A stretch of DNA of 64,000 bases from Sedimentisphaerales bacterium (GTDB lineage: Bacteria > Planctomycetota > Phycisphaerae > Sedimentisphaerales > SM23-30): NCBI GenBank assembly GCA_963663965.2, contig CAXXFK010000033.1:192001-256000 (forward strand), in the 5' to 3' direction. Positions 9,561-20,882 of the stretch are shown piece after piece (position 1 is the first letter of the stretch; each line of letters starts with the position of its first letter). The notes beneath the pieces were generated by a model. The model was not told the origin of the DNA. It saw nothing but the letters and a program-made list of their open reading frames with translations, and ran no database searches. Both the position numbers and the translations under genes were made by a program.

Positions 9561-11408
9561 ATGATTAATAACCGGGATAGTAGACGAATCAGAAAAATAG
9601 CGAGTGGTATTGTGTTATGTTTGATGCTGAATCTATCAACGCTCTATGGTAGCGGATTGGTGCGGGTATTGCCTGTGTGTCCAGGCGATCAACTCAGTGA
9701 TTCCTTTCGGATTGATGTGGAGGGGCAGCCGGTTCCTGTCGCTCTGGAAACTTTTAATGGGGGCCAATCGTTCCATATCGCTTCGTTTGAAATGAATCAG
9801 CCGGTGATTGTCAAGCTATCTTGCGAATCGGGAGTTGCTCCCATCATTCGCCCCGCCCGCGCCGGGTTGTATCTGGCCGCCGATGGAGCATCCTGCTGGC
9901 GGTTCACTCTGGGTGAGCCCCAATCGATCGTGATAGAGCTGGCCGGTCAGAGGCCGTTATTCCTATTTGCGTTACCACCTGAATATGATACGCCAAAGCC
10001 AGACACGCCGGATGTTTTGTATTTCGGGCCGGGCGTTCATGAGGCAGGCCCTTTGCAACTCAAGTCAGGTCAAACCGTTTATCTGGCGGCCGGAGCCGTG
10101 CTGAAAGGGCGGCTTTATGGCCTGGAAGTGCAGGATGTAGTGATTCGCGGCCGGGGAGTACTCGATGCCCGTGGTTATACCAGCCGGGACAAAAAATTGC
10201 ATGGTATTTTATTTGAGCGTTCCCATAATATCAAAATCGATGGGATCCAGTTGCGCACCGGCGACTGGTGGCAATGTCTGTTTGTTTTATCTGACGACAT
10301 CCATATCAGCCGGCTGCATACCCTGAGTTTTGGCGTGAATAACGATGGGATCGATACCGATGGGGTCAGCCGGTTAAGGGTAGAAGATTGTTTTATCGGC
10401 TGTGGTGATGATGGCTTCGGCTGGCACGCGGTGGATGCCATGGCTTTTGGAGAGCCGCATACCCGGGATTGTGTGGCTGAACGTTGCGTTATCTGGAATG
10501 AACATGCCGGAAACGGTCTGCGGCTGGGCGCTTCCATGGAAACGGGTATTTTCGAGAACATCATATTTCGCGATATCGATGTGTTGCATGTCTGTTCCGG
10601 GGGGGTGGCGATCATGTCAGATCATTCAGACTGGGCGCATTTGAGGAATGTGTTATTCGAGAATTTTCATAACGATACCTCCAATGGCCTGATGCGACTC
10701 ATGGTTGAGAAAACGCGGTATTCCAATAGCACCGGGTATCGAGATGAACGCGGCCAGATCAGCGATATCTATTTCAACAATGTTACCTCCAATTCAACCC
10801 AAGTGGTTCTGCGGGGGGCCGATTCGAGTCACGGGATCCAGAATCTGTGGTTTTCCCATTGTGAACTGGGAGGTAAGGCCCTGGTCGATACCCGTGGATT
10901 TGAAATGAATCCGTTTGTTTCAAATATTCAGATCGTAGACCAGATGCTCCCATTTAAATCGTATCCGGCAGTATCCTCCAAGTGTTATGCCCCATCCGAG
11001 TTGATTATAGACGATAACGATGGTGACAATTTCTTTGCCTTTGGCGGGAATGGATTGAAAGCGATTGACGACGATTCTGCCGAAGGCGGACACTGCCATC
11101 GCTTTGAACGATTGGGCTGGGGGCACGCCGCAGTCTATACCCCGCAGGTATCCGGTGCTTATGAAATTTCAGTTCATTGGGGTAATTACCAGGGGCTGGC
11201 AACCCGGGCGCCATGGACCGTCAAATCAACCGAGGGCTATCAGACCCGGATTTTCGATCAGAACGGCTCGCCCGGCTGGCATTTGCTGGGGGTATATCAA
11301 CTGGATGGCGAGTCCTGGGTCCGACTGGTCGATCCCCATTATGTTATATCGAACGGACCGGTCATTGCGGACGCCGTGCGGTTCCGTAAGGTATCGGATA
11401 ACCGTTAG
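9561..11408 (+). CDS. secreted beta-helix glycoside hydrolase (GH28-like) with C-terminal golvesin-like beta-sandwich
   Basis: LYFGPGVH, VYLAAGAV, NNDGID, GDD; C-terminal IIDDND...ADAVRFRK. Confidence 0.8.
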   Translation: MINNRDSRRIRKIASGIVLCLMLNLSTLYGSGLVRVLPVCPGDQLSDSFRIDVEGQPVPVALETFNGGQSFHIASFEMNQPVIVKLSCESGVAPIIRPARAGLYLAADGASCWRFTLGEPQSIVIELAGQRPLFLFALPPEYDTPKPDTPDVLYFGPGVHEAGPLQLKSGQTVYLAAGAVLKGRLYGLEVQDVVIRGRGVLDARGYTSRDKKLHGILFERSHNIKIDGIQLRTGDWWQCLFVLSDDIHISRLHTLSFGVNNDGIDTDGVSRLRVEDCFIGCGDDGFGWHAVDAMAFGEPHTRDCVAERCVIWNEHAGNGLRLGASMETGIFENIIFRDIDVLHVCSGGVAIMSDHSDWAHLRNVLFENFHNDTSNGLMRLMVEKTRYSNSTGYRDERGQISDIYFNNVTSNSTQVVLRGADSSHGIQNLWFSHCELGGKALVDTRGFEMNPFVSNIQIVDQMLPFKSYPAVSSKCYAPSELIIDDNDGDNFFAFGGNGLKAIDDDSAEGGHCHRFERLGWGHAAVYTPQVSGAYEISVHWGNYQGLATRAPWTVKSTEGYQTRIFDQNGSPGWHLLGVYQLDGESWVRLVDPHYVISNGPVIADAVRFRKVSDNR

Positions 11409-11418
11409 CCGGATATTA

Positions 11419-13689
11419 TCAGTTTGATTTCGGTCGATCGGCAGGAGCCCGTCCAAACTCTTTATTCGGACGTGATCCCATAGTCAAAATCAATTCACCG
11501 CCATCCATAATCATCTGGTGGGTAATATAGCTTTTAGGCCAGGGGCGGCCGTTCCAGGTGGCCGATTGAATATAGATATTCTTCGGACTGTTATCGATGG
11601 CTTTCACGCGGAACGTTTTGCCATTGGGCAATGGAATCGCAGCTTGATTCATTGCCGGGCTGCCCAATACATAGATGCCATTGGCGGGGTGAACCGGGTA
11701 GAAACCCAGCGCGGAAAGAACGTACCAGGCCGACATCTGGCCGCAGTCTTCGTTGCCGCACAAACCTTCGTGGGTGTCATTATACATGGTTGAAACAATT
11801 TCACGAACTTTCCCGGCGGTTTTCCATTGCTGGCCGGCGAAGGCATATAAATACGTAATATGATGACTGGGTTCGTTGCCATGGGCGTATTGTCCGATCA
11901 ATCCGGAAATATCCGCGGAGGCGCCCTCATTTAAATTGGAGCTGATTTTAAACAACAGGTCCAGTTTGCTGATGAACGCATTTTCCGAGCCGAATAATCC
12001 GATCAGCCCTTCCGGGTCATGTGGAACCAGCCAGGTGTATTGCCAGGCGTTGCCTTCGCAGTAATCATCTTCGCGATGCTTGGAGGCAACCGGATCGAAC
12101 GGTGTACGCCAGGAGCCATCACTCAGTTTGCCACGCATAAAGGTGGTTTCCTTATCGAAATAGTTTTTGTAATAAGCCGCGCGTCTGGCAAAAAGAGCGG
12201 CATCTTCTTTTTTACCCAGCGTGTCGGCCATCAGGGCGATACAGGCATCGTCTATGGCATATTCCAGCGCCTTGGCGACCGATTCCCATTCTTTATCGGC
12301 CGGGATATAGCCCCGTTTTTTCAATTGGTCCAGACCGCGTTCATCGCGCAGGGCGGAGGCTTTCATCGCTTCAAAGGCCAGGTTGGCGTCGAAGCCGCGG
12401 AATCCTTTCAGGTAAGCATCCACGATGGGCGGCACGGCATGATAGCCTACCATAGTGTCCGTTTCATTGCCCATTAAATGCCAGACGGGCAGTTTGCCCT
12501 GTTGCTGATAAATCGCCAGCATGGAGGCGATCATATCGTTGACGCGTTCCTGCTGAACGAGGGTCATCAATGGATGCAGTGAACGATAAGTGTCCCACAG
12601 GGAAAAGATCGAATAATTCTGGAACGGGGCGTTGGTGTAAACTTTTTTGTCAGTGCCCCGATAATCGCCGTTGACATCGTTAAATAAAACCGGACAGATC
12701 ATGGTGTGATAAAAGGCGGTATAGAATGTCCGCATAAGCGCTTCATCGGTCGATTCGAACTGGATTTTACGAAGCTGCTGATTCCACTTTTTACGCGAGG
12801 CATTGATATAATCATTGAATTCCCAGTCGGGTGTTTCTGTCTCCAGATTTTTGATCGCGTTTTCGACACTGACAGGAGAAATCGCGACTTTCAACTGCAC
12901 TTCAGTGGGAACCGGGCCGGCTGGAAACGACACGACGCCTTTCATTTTATTACTCTTGCCAGATAAGCCGTCGAGTTTCTGGTTGCCGTCAAAAGCGGCG
13001 AATTGAGGTATCTTTGTTTCGAATCGAGCAACGAAGTAAACCCGTTGATCACGAGCCCAGCCGGCAGAAAAACGGTAACCGCCAATGGTGTAATCATCGA
13101 GTTTCTGAATAAAAGTCTCGGTTGCCCGGTCACCATTGCCTTCCTGCAAATCGATCATAATGCGGCCGGTCTGGTCTGCTGGAAATCGATAACGATGCAG
13201 CGCAACTCGTTCCGTGGCGGTGAGTTCGGCCTTGATACCATAATCCTTGAGTACCAGCGAGTAGTAATCGGGTCGTACGGTTTCGTCCTGGTGGTTGTAT
13301 CGGGACGCGTAGCCGGTGTCGGGATTGTCCTGGCTGCCCTTATCAGTTTTTAGCGGGCCGGTATAGGGCATGATTAAAATATCGCCCAGATCGGCGCAGC
13401 CTGTGCCACTGAGATGCAAATGAGAAAATCCAATCAGCACCGTATCCGAATAATGGTATCCGGAACACCAGTCCCAGCCTTTATGGATGTTCATCGGGCC
13501 GGGCTGGATCGCGCCAAATGGCACAGACGATCCCACAAACACATGGCCATGCCCCCCGGCGCCAATCAAAGGGTCGACAAACTGTACCAGGTCGGATGGG
13601 GCGGCCAGACTGATCGAATTAGCAAATCCGGTAATTATTGAAAATATTACAAGTTGGATCAGTTGTGCTTTATTAGTCATAGATGGCAT
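11419..13689 (-). CDS. GH92 alpha-1,2-mannosidase
   Basis: GFSHLHLSGTGC, FSLWDTYR, EGNAWQY, HGNEPSHH, GNEDCGQMSAW; signal peptide. Start may be Met4. Confidence 0.95.
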   Translation of the reverse strand: MPSMTNKAQLIQLVIFSIITGFANSISLAAPSDLVQFVDPLIGAGGHGHVFVGSSVPFGAIQPGPMNIHKGWDWCSGYHYSDTVLIGFSHLHLSGTGCADLGDILIMPYTGPLKTDKGSQDNPDTGYASRYNHQDETVRPDYYSLVLKDYGIKAELTATERVALHRYRFPADQTGRIMIDLQEGNGDRATETFIQKLDDYTIGGYRFSAGWARDQRVYFVARFETKIPQFAAFDGNQKLDGLSGKSNKMKGVVSFPAGPVPTEVQLKVAISPVSVENAIKNLETETPDWEFNDYINASRKKWNQQLRKIQFESTDEALMRTFYTAFYHTMICPVLFNDVNGDYRGTDKKVYTNAPFQNYSIFSLWDTYRSLHPLMTLVQQERVNDMIASMLAIYQQQGKLPVWHLMGNETDTMVGYHAVPPIVDAYLKGFRGFDANLAFEAMKASALRDERGLDQLKKRGYIPADKEWESVAKALEYAIDDACIALMADTLGKKEDAALFARRAAYYKNYFDKETTFMRGKLSDGSWRTPFDPVASKHREDDYCEGNAWQYTWLVPHDPEGLIGLFGSENAFISKLDLLFKISSNLNEGASADISGLIGQYAHGNEPSHHITYLYAFAGQQWKTAGKVREIVSTMYNDTHEGLCGNEDCGQMSAWYVLSALGFYPVHPANGIYVLGSPAMNQAAIPLPNGKTFRVKAIDNSPKNIYIQSATWNGRPWPKSYITHQMIMDGGELILTMGSRPNKEFGRAPADRPKSN

Positions 13690-14016
13690 CCCTTTCTGAA
13701 TTAATTATATAAATAGAAAATTGTTTGATTTGATACTGGTCAGCAATTCAATTTTTTTATACGGGCATAACGTTTGTCAATAGTAAACGTAGATTAGCGC
13801 CGTATTATTCAAGTGAAAAATAAGCTACCGGCACAAAATTGCATTAATATATTGAATTCATCTAAATTAACTACAAAGGTATATCAATAAAATGCAGTAA
13901 CAGCTACCCGAAAAAGCCTCGGATTGGATGGTATTGAATGCTGATAAATTAATGGAAAGTGTATTTGTTAAGTGCTTGTTATAAAACCGGCTGTGTTAAA
14001 TGCGCGTCAAGGTATT

Positions 14017-14646
14017 TTATAAGAACGGATTATAGTTTTTTTCTCGTTCAATTGTTGTAGCCGGACCGTGGCCGGGAAAAACCTGGGTTTCAGGTGGAAG
14101 CGACAGGAGTTTTTCCTGGATGTTCTGGACCAGTTGTTCGTGATTGCCGGAATGAAAATCGGTACGTCCTATCCCACCGGCAAAGAGTGCATCTCCGGCA
14201 AAGAGAACCGCTTCCTGAGGGCAATAGAGACAGATTCCCCCCGGTGTGTGTCCCGGTGTAGCTATTACGTGGAAGTCAAGGTTGGCAAACTCGATCATAT
14301 CACCTTCTTCGTAGAGGTGATGTGTCTGTTTGACAACCGAGGGTGCGTCCATCGAAACCGACAAGTTCAAAGTAGCGCTGGTCAGCATGGGGACGTCCGG
14401 TTTACTGATATATACCTTGATATCAGGAAATGTCTGGCAGACCAGGTCAACCCCGCCAATATGATCGCCATGGCCGTGAGTCAGAAGGATAAGAGTGGGT
14501 CTCAGGGATTGCTGCTGAAGGTATTCGATCAGGGCTTCGGCGCCCAGACCTGGATCGATTATCAGGCAATGTTCGGGATCCTGATCGCAGGTGACAACAT
14601 AGCAATTGGTTTGATATGAACCGAGAGGCAAGCAGGCGATATTCAC
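14017..14646 (-). CDS. MBL-fold metallo-hydrolase (glyoxalase II-like)
   Basis: THGHGDH, TPGHTPGG, GDALF, PGHG; GTG start with RBS AAGGAG. Confidence 0.92.
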   Translation of the reverse strand: MNIACLPLGSYQTNCYVVTCDQDPEHCLIIDPGLGAEALIEYLQQQSLRPTLILLTHGHGDHIGGVDLVCQTFPDIKVYISKPDVPMLTSATLNLSVSMDAPSVVKQTHHLYEEGDMIEFANLDFHVIATPGHTPGGICLYCPQEAVLFAGDALFAGGIGRTDFHSGNHEQLVQNIQEKLLSLPPETQVFPGHGPATTIEREKNYNPFL

Positions 14647-14742
14647 AGGAACTCCTTATGAACTGGTTGGTATAAAAACGAAATAATGCCTTTAATAAGT
14701 TATATCAAAGCAGAATGGAAAAAGTCAAACGTCCCCGGCGAA

Positions 14743-15567
14743 TTATTTCTTTTTTTCCGGAATGGGTAGATTCAGTTCAGCAAGTACTTTTTTCATATCG
14801 TCCCATACGCGGCCACGGGCTTCCTGGGTGTAGTTCCGCAACAGATAAGCAGGATGATAGGTTGCCACCAGTTTGATGGGGGGCATATCATCCGCGGGTT
14901 GGTAGTACATGATTTTGCCGCGAAGGCGGCCGATTGCCTCATCCGTGTTTAATAAAGTACGGGCGGCATGAGCGCCCAGGGCGATAATGATATCGGGATT
15001 GATCGTTTTTAATTGCTCGGTCAGATACCCAATGCATTGTTCTTTTTCCGAAGCCGATGGATCACGATTATCGGGCGGCCGGCATTTGAGCACATTGCAG
15101 ATAAAGACATCGTCCCGATTCAGGCCCATGGCCTTGATAATATTGGTGAGCAGTTGACCGGCGCGGCCGACAAACGGACGGCCCTGCTGGTCTTCGTCTC
15201 CGCCGGGCGCTTCGCCGACAAATACGATGCGCGCGGAGGGATTGCCTTCGCCCGGGACCGTATGTTTGCGGGTTTTGTGCAGGTCGCATTTTTGACAGGC
15301 TGCGACTCGCGCGGCAATCTGATCCAGTTGACTTTGGTTTTCGCCGGTTACTTTGCGTGGAACGGGTATTGACTCTTTTGCCATGTTGGTTGCCGGGGTT
15401 GAAACTCGGGTTGGGGGTTGGGTTGCCGGCGCCGGGTGAGTCCGTTGGGGTTGAGTTGGAACTCGTTCGGGCGGTTTCGGCATAGTCATTGGCAGCCAGC
15501 GGCCGCCCAGAAACGCTTCGGATTCCAGGTGTTCGATCAGGGTTTGTATGATTTTGTTGCGGGACAT
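14743..15567 (-). CDS. uracil-DNA glycosylase family 4 (4Fe-4S)
   Basis: [36 protein letters not shown]. Confidence 0.93.
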   Translation of the reverse strand: MSRNKIIQTLIEHLESEAFLGGRWLPMTMPKPPERVPTQPQRTHPAPATQPPTRVSTPATNMAKESIPVPRKVTGENQSQLDQIAARVAACQKCDLHKTRKHTVPGEGNPSARIVFVGEAPGGDEDQQGRPFVGRAGQLLTNIIKAMGLNRDDVFICNVLKCRPPDNRDPSASEKEQCIGYLTEQLKTINPDIIIALGAHAARTLLNTDEAIGRLRGKIMYYQPADDMPPIKLVATYHPAYLLRNYTQEARGRVWDDMKKVLAELNLPIPEKKK

Positions 15568-15626
15568 ATTATGAGATTATCGCTAAAAGACATTATGATC
15601 AGGGACTGAGCGGTTTAATTCGGTTT

Positions 15627-18137
15627 TTAACGGGTAAGCAGATACCACATGGTAGCGTATTTCGGAGATAATTCCAGTGTTCTTTCCAGCTTGAAAGCCG
15701 TGGAGGGAGTTCCGTCAGCTTTAAGTGGTTGGCAGGTCCAGCCGGATTGCGGCAGTTGGATCGTCGCATTGATCGGTTCGATCATTACCGGTGCCTTGCC
15801 CCAGCGGTTGCCCACCGTCGTTCGATCTTCCGAAAATTCCATACCCTGGTTTTCGCACCGGCCACAGGAAGTAATCAGGATCGATCGAGTTGTTTTCAAG
15901 TCGCGGTGATCGAGGGTTGTTATGATCAGGGAGGCCTGTTGAGGGGCGCGAACCTGGATTTTGAAATCGGGGAACTCGGCAAAACGGGAGGTGGCGCCGC
16001 ATAAAATTACTGACTGGGGCGAACTGGCGGCGTACAGGCCGCCTTTGTCATTAACATTCCAGATAAGATTACCGGGCGCATTGTTTTTTAGTCGCGATTG
16101 ACTGCCGGAATTCGAAAAAGTCACTGCAACGGCATTGGAAGTCAACTCCTCTGTGCTCATACGATAAGCGCGCGCAAAGCTCCGGTCGAATTCCAGGTGC
16201 AGATCCGCAATTGCCAACAGTGGATTGTCAGTATTAGACTTAAGTGCGTATCCTTTTTTGTTGGGAAATGTATTCAGATTGGAATCACAAAAAACAGTCG
16301 CGCCGGCAGCCATAAAGCCCCACTTGGCCGGATTGGTGTCGATATCAAAGAAACTGTTCATCTGTTGGCGGTTCCATTCGGTGTTGCCATGACAATAGGT
16401 GTACAGCCAGATGCCGTCCCAGTCTTGCAGGGCGGCATACGATGCGATCATAGGAACGCATTCCGATTGGCTGTCCAGTGGCGCCGGATGGTTGTATTCC
16501 GAAACCGTATAAGGTTTGCCGGCCAGACGTTCCGACGCCAACTGGAACAGGGTTGAGCCATCCGGGTGGGCGCTTAAGGCCATCTGGTTGATGATCCAGT
16601 TATTGCCATCCCAGGGCCGGCCCGGAAAACGCGGATGCTGCCAGTAGGCATGGCTGTCCACGAAGTCCAGATCACTTTGAGTATAGAGCCCCAGTGGCCC
16701 AAAGACAATCGTGCCCGTTACCAGTGAGTTGCAACCAATATCATTTATGATGTGTTGGTACATCCCATCGAAGTATTTTTTTTCGGTTTCAGCCAGGAAT
16801 ACCATCCGGTCATTCAATCGCTGCTGAGATTCGGAAGCCCCGTAAAGCAATACCGTGTTGTCTTCCAGTTTTTCATTGTCGAGGGTGAATTCCGCGCCGG
16901 GTTTCATCTGGATATCCGCCAGATAGAACGGTCCGTCGGCGTTGCCAAATGAGAAGCTGAGACGGGCGTTGTCATCCGATTTCAAGCCCCGAAAGACAAT
17001 TCGGAATGATTGGGGTTCGGATGTCAGTTTGAGTTCACGCGATACACCCAGATTACCCCAGGGTTCATGGTTCTGTCCCACGACCATGGAGATACTGCGA
17101 GGCGCGTCGGCATGGGCCGTGAATGTCAGCGTATAGTAACGGCCCTCCTCAATCGTGAAGTCGGTTTGCTTAAATTGCAGATGCCAGCTGGTTGGATCAA
17201 TTTTAGTCGGGGTAATAGTCAGTGTCTTATTTTTCAGCATTAATTTGGCGCTGCATCCTGCATGTTGTTCCACCTGCCAGTAGGAAGGCACGCCATTGCC
17301 GGAAATCTGGCTGAAGTCACTGTTTTTCAGAAAATTGCTGCCGAGCGGATCGGGAGTCCGGCACCAGGCTTTTTTCAGTCCGGCGGTATTGTCGTAACGA
17401 TTTCGCAGCCATTGGTTGTATTGTTTTTGCAGCAGATCGCGATAATAGGGTTCCAGGTTTCTTAATGCCTCTTCGCCGTCCCACATAAAAAAACTGTTTT
17501 CATTGGTGATTTCCACAAACGCCACCGCCGGATCGTCCGCCAGTCTCATTTTGCGATAGGGATTCATATACTTCAGCAGCATATTGGCGTAATTTTTCTG
17601 GGCGTCGATTAACGGCGGCGTAAAGATATTCACGACCTTATCGTAATTACGCTGGCTATCGGGTAACCCCAGGTGTTTACTGTATTGAGCGCCGACGTGC
17701 AGGTTAATGTTGGTATAGATACCATATCGCGCGAGTTGGTCGATCATATAACACAGTCGGTCCAGCGCTTCGGGATGCAGCGTGCGGTAGTCAGAGGTAG
17801 TGATTCCGCGTGGCCAGGGACTGGTATCCATGTGATGGCAGCGCACGGCATTCACACCAGCCGCGGCCAGACGCTGGGCCAGTTTTTCCGCGTCGGCATG
17901 TTCCGGGAAATTGGCGTTGAAAGAAAGATTAACCCCCCAGATGCGAACCTTGCGACCGGTCTGGTCCACAAAATGACCGTCTTTGCTGATCAGGCGGCTG
18001 GATGGGGTAATGGGAAAGTAATTGTGCTGAATGACCGATTCCGGATTGGTTTCAAATGGAATGGGAAACGGGACCATCTCTGCGGCGAACAGGCTGCCTG
18101 TCAGAATGAATGTGAAGACGATTAGAAAACGCGTCAT
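15627..18137 (-). CDS. secreted clan GH-A-like glycoside hydrolase with inserted CBM4/9-like domain
   Basis: WGVN, AVRCHHMD, EITNENS (acid/base), VSEYNH (nucleophile), and a central LKNSDFS...WHLQF module. Confidence 0.75.
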   Translation of the reverse strand: MTRFLIVFTFILTGSLFAAEMVPFPIPFETNPESVIQHNYFPITPSSRLISKDGHFVDQTGRKVRIWGVNLSFNANFPEHADAEKLAQRLAAAGVNAVRCHHMDTSPWPRGITTSDYRTLHPEALDRLCYMIDQLARYGIYTNINLHVGAQYSKHLGLPDSQRNYDKVVNIFTPPLIDAQKNYANMLLKYMNPYRKMRLADDPAVAFVEITNENSFFMWDGEEALRNLEPYYRDLLQKQYNQWLRNRYDNTAGLKKAWCRTPDPLGSNFLKNSDFSQISGNGVPSYWQVEQHAGCSAKLMLKNKTLTITPTKIDPTSWHLQFKQTDFTIEEGRYYTLTFTAHADAPRSISMVVGQNHEPWGNLGVSRELKLTSEPQSFRIVFRGLKSDDNARLSFSFGNADGPFYLADIQMKPGAEFTLDNEKLEDNTVLLYGASESQQRLNDRMVFLAETEKKYFDGMYQHIINDIGCNSLVTGTIVFGPLGLYTQSDLDFVDSHAYWQHPRFPGRPWDGNNWIINQMALSAHPDGSTLFQLASERLAGKPYTVSEYNHPAPLDSQSECVPMIASYAALQDWDGIWLYTYCHGNTEWNRQQMNSFFDIDTNPAKWGFMAAGATVFCDSNLNTFPNKKGYALKSNTDNPLLAIADLHLEFDRSFARAYRMSTEELTSNAVAVTFSNSGSQSRLKNNAPGNLIWNVNDKGGLYAASSPQSVILCGATSRFAEFPDFKIQVRAPQQASLIITTLDHRDLKTTRSILITSCGRCENQGMEFSEDRTTVGNRWGKAPVMIEPINATIQLPQSGWTCQPLKADGTPSTAFKLERTLELSPKYATMWYLLTR

Positions 18138-20275
18138 GGCACAATACCTCCAAATTGCATGTTGTAGAGTTGTTTATAGAGCGCGCATTTTTGCAGAAGT
18201 TCCTGATGGGTGCCCTGGTCGACCAGTTGTCCATTATCCAATACGACGATGACATCGGAATCGATCACCGTGCTGAGGCGGTGGGCGATGATAAATGAGG
18301 TGCGGCCCTGAGAAAAGGCCCGGATGGCCTGCTGGATTTTCTGTTCGCTTTCAGAATCGATCTGGCTCATGGCCTCGTCGAAGATCAGGATGGCCGGATC
18401 ACGCAGGATGGCCCGGGCAATGGCGATCCGTTGGAGCTGGCCGCCGGAAAGGGTGGCGCCCTGTTCGCCAATAATCGTATCGTAACCGTTGGGGGTATTC
18501 AAAATGAAGTCATGAGCGAAGGCCTGACGCGCGGCGGCAACAATTTCATCCTGGGTGGCGCCGGGTTTGCTATAGGCGATATTCGCGGCGATCGATTCGT
18601 GGAAGACAATCGGTTGCTGAGGAACGATTCCGATTTGCGTTCTCAGGCTTTCCAGGGTGCCGTTGGCGATATCGCGGCCATCGAATAGAATCCGTCCTTC
18701 ATCCGCAATGAAGAAACGGGGTATCATGCTCAATAACGTGGTTTTACCGGATCCATTGGGGCCTACTACGGCAATGGTCTGGCCGGCAGTGACTTTCAGA
18801 TTTATCCCGTCAAGCGTTTTATTCAGGCTGCGGGGATAGGTATAGCCAAGATTGCAGAATTCGATCGTCTCCGTCAGGCGAGGCAGGGCAATGGCATCCG
18901 GTGCATCCTGTTCGATTTCGCGATCATAAAGCTGGTAAACCCGTTCCGCGGACGCGTTGGCAGTCTGGACCTTGGTCCAGACATCCCCCAATTTGCGGCC
19001 GGATTCGGCCATGGTGCCTAAAATGACGATCAAGGCGAAAAAGTTGCTGACCGAGATCATTCCTTCCATAATCCAGTTCGTTGCGAAGAACATGCCTGCA
19101 CAGGCCCCGACAATCGATAACCCTTCCATCAGGGGGGAACCTGCCGCGTCGATCCGGCCCATTTTGAACTGACGCTTCAATAATTTCTGATTGATAGCCA
19201 GAAACCGTTTTTCTTCACTGGTTTCCTGGTGATAGCCTTTCACCACGCGGATCCCCAGGAAAGTGCCTTGCAGGTGCCCCAGCAGATTGGACCACTCTTC
19301 CAGGGTGCGTTTGGTCGCTTTTTTCATTTTTTTGCCCAGGCGGTTCAGGGTCATGGCTGCCACGGGGCCTATCGTAATGATAAAAATGGTCATTTTAGGG
19401 CTGACTTTATAAGCCATGATCCCCAACATGATGATTTTGATAGGCTCCAGGATAGTTTTGCCCAGTAAAATTTCCAGACCGGCTTTGACACGATTGGTAT
19501 CCTGGACAAACCGGCTGATGGTATCGCTGATCCCTTCCTGGCCGAAGTAATTCAGTGGAAGCCGCAAGGCTCTGCTATAGGTATCATTGCGTAATTGCTG
19601 GATGGTCCTGAACGAAATGACATGAACCAGGTATTGTTGGGTGAATCTTAAAATACAGCGCAACGCAGTTGTGACCATGATAACGAAAATGATTATCTTG
19701 AGATAACCGATTTTGGTTTCCAAGCTCTGGTCCCGAGGAACCGTACTCAGGGCCCAGAGCGCCGTGCCGGTATAAAACGGTGATTCTTCCAGGGTGACTG
19801 GTAAAGTTTCGGTCTGGCCGGTCTCATGCTCAACAGTGATCTCGACAGAATCGACAGCATTGACAATCGTTTCGAGCAGATCGATTTTGCTGGGATTGGT
19901 CTCTGAGGGGGCGGCCTGCCCCGGGATGGTCACTGACAAGATCGTATCAAAAGGGAGCAGACCCGCTTGAGCGGCCGGAGTATTGGACCGGATATCGGTT
20001 ATTCGCAGTGGGACAACTGGGGGCGTGGGCTGGCCTTCTTTCGGGATTTCTTCCGGTGGAATCATGGCGAAGCCCATACCGGTGCGGGTCAGGACGATGT
20101 TACGATAAATCCAGCCATGCAGGCCTTCTTCACCGATCATCACTTTCATCAGTGGAAGCATGGCCGTGATGCTCACAGAAAACAGGACACCGACTAAAAT
20201 TGCACAGACGATCGATATGATGACAGCCTGTTTCTGTTGCAGAAAATATTTTGCGATTCTTCCAAAATGGGTCAT
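18134..20275 (-). CDS. MsbA-like ABC exporter (TMD-NBD) with PDZ-like insertion
   Basis: GPNGSGKT, LSGGQ, IFDEA, IAHRLST; insert ITDIRSNTPAAQAGLLPFDTILSV. Confidence 0.9.
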   Translation of the reverse strand: MTHFGRIAKYFLQQKQAVIISIVCAILVGVLFSVSITAMLPLMKVMIGEEGLHGWIYRNIVLTRTGMGFAMIPPEEIPKEGQPTPPVVPLRITDIRSNTPAAQAGLLPFDTILSVTIPGQAAPSETNPSKIDLLETIVNAVDSVEITVEHETGQTETLPVTLEESPFYTGTALWALSTVPRDQSLETKIGYLKIIIFVIMVTTALRCILRFTQQYLVHVISFRTIQQLRNDTYSRALRLPLNYFGQEGISDTISRFVQDTNRVKAGLEILLGKTILEPIKIIMLGIMAYKVSPKMTIFIITIGPVAAMTLNRLGKKMKKATKRTLEEWSNLLGHLQGTFLGIRVVKGYHQETSEEKRFLAINQKLLKRQFKMGRIDAAGSPLMEGLSIVGACAGMFFATNWIMEGMISVSNFFALIVILGTMAESGRKLGDVWTKVQTANASAERVYQLYDREIEQDAPDAIALPRLTETIEFCNLGYTYPRSLNKTLDGINLKVTAGQTIAVVGPNGSGKTTLLSMIPRFFIADEGRILFDGRDIANGTLESLRTQIGIVPQQPIVFHESIAANIAYSKPGATQDEIVAAARQAFAHDFILNTPNGYDTIIGEQGATLSGGQLQRIAIARAILRDPAILIFDEAMSQIDSESEQKIQQAIRAFSQGRTSFIIAHRLSTVIDSDVIVVLDNGQLVDQGTHQELLQKCALYKQLYNMQFGGIVP

Positions 20276-20882
20276 TGAGTTCTCTTTCAGAGTATGGTTC
20301 GGGCGGGCAATGCCGATCAGTCATGTGTTTTATAAGTATCTAATAATCATAAATTTATGCCATCAAAGAACGGGTTATTGATACCACAATACGTTAAACG
20401 TTTGGAATAAAATAATGTTACCAGCGTAATAAATCAACTGATTTGAAAAATTGACGAGTGAACCGGAGCTTAAATCTACGGTATTTGAGTAAAAATGGGT
20501 TTGAATTTTATTGACAAGAGTCAGGATTTTTCCGTAGTGACTATTGCATATTAAGTTGGGTAAAATAATGTAACAAATTATGAATTAATGAGTTGTGATT
20601 GATTCTTTATCAGGGATGCCCGTAAGAGCTGACGTGTTTGTCCGTGAGTAGATCAATTGTTTATCAGAAAAAAGGGATGAATCATTGTCAGATAACTTCA
20701 ATCTTCAACCAGTTTTATGCTTTTTGGAATAGAATTTTTATTGTTTCTGAAGATCAACGAAAATTCCATACATGAAATCCAATAGATTTCTGATATAATC
20801 TTATTTTTTCAACTGGTATGCCCGATGTGAATATCAGTTTTGATTTGTGAAATACTCAAAAGTTTAATCATAAGGAGATCCC

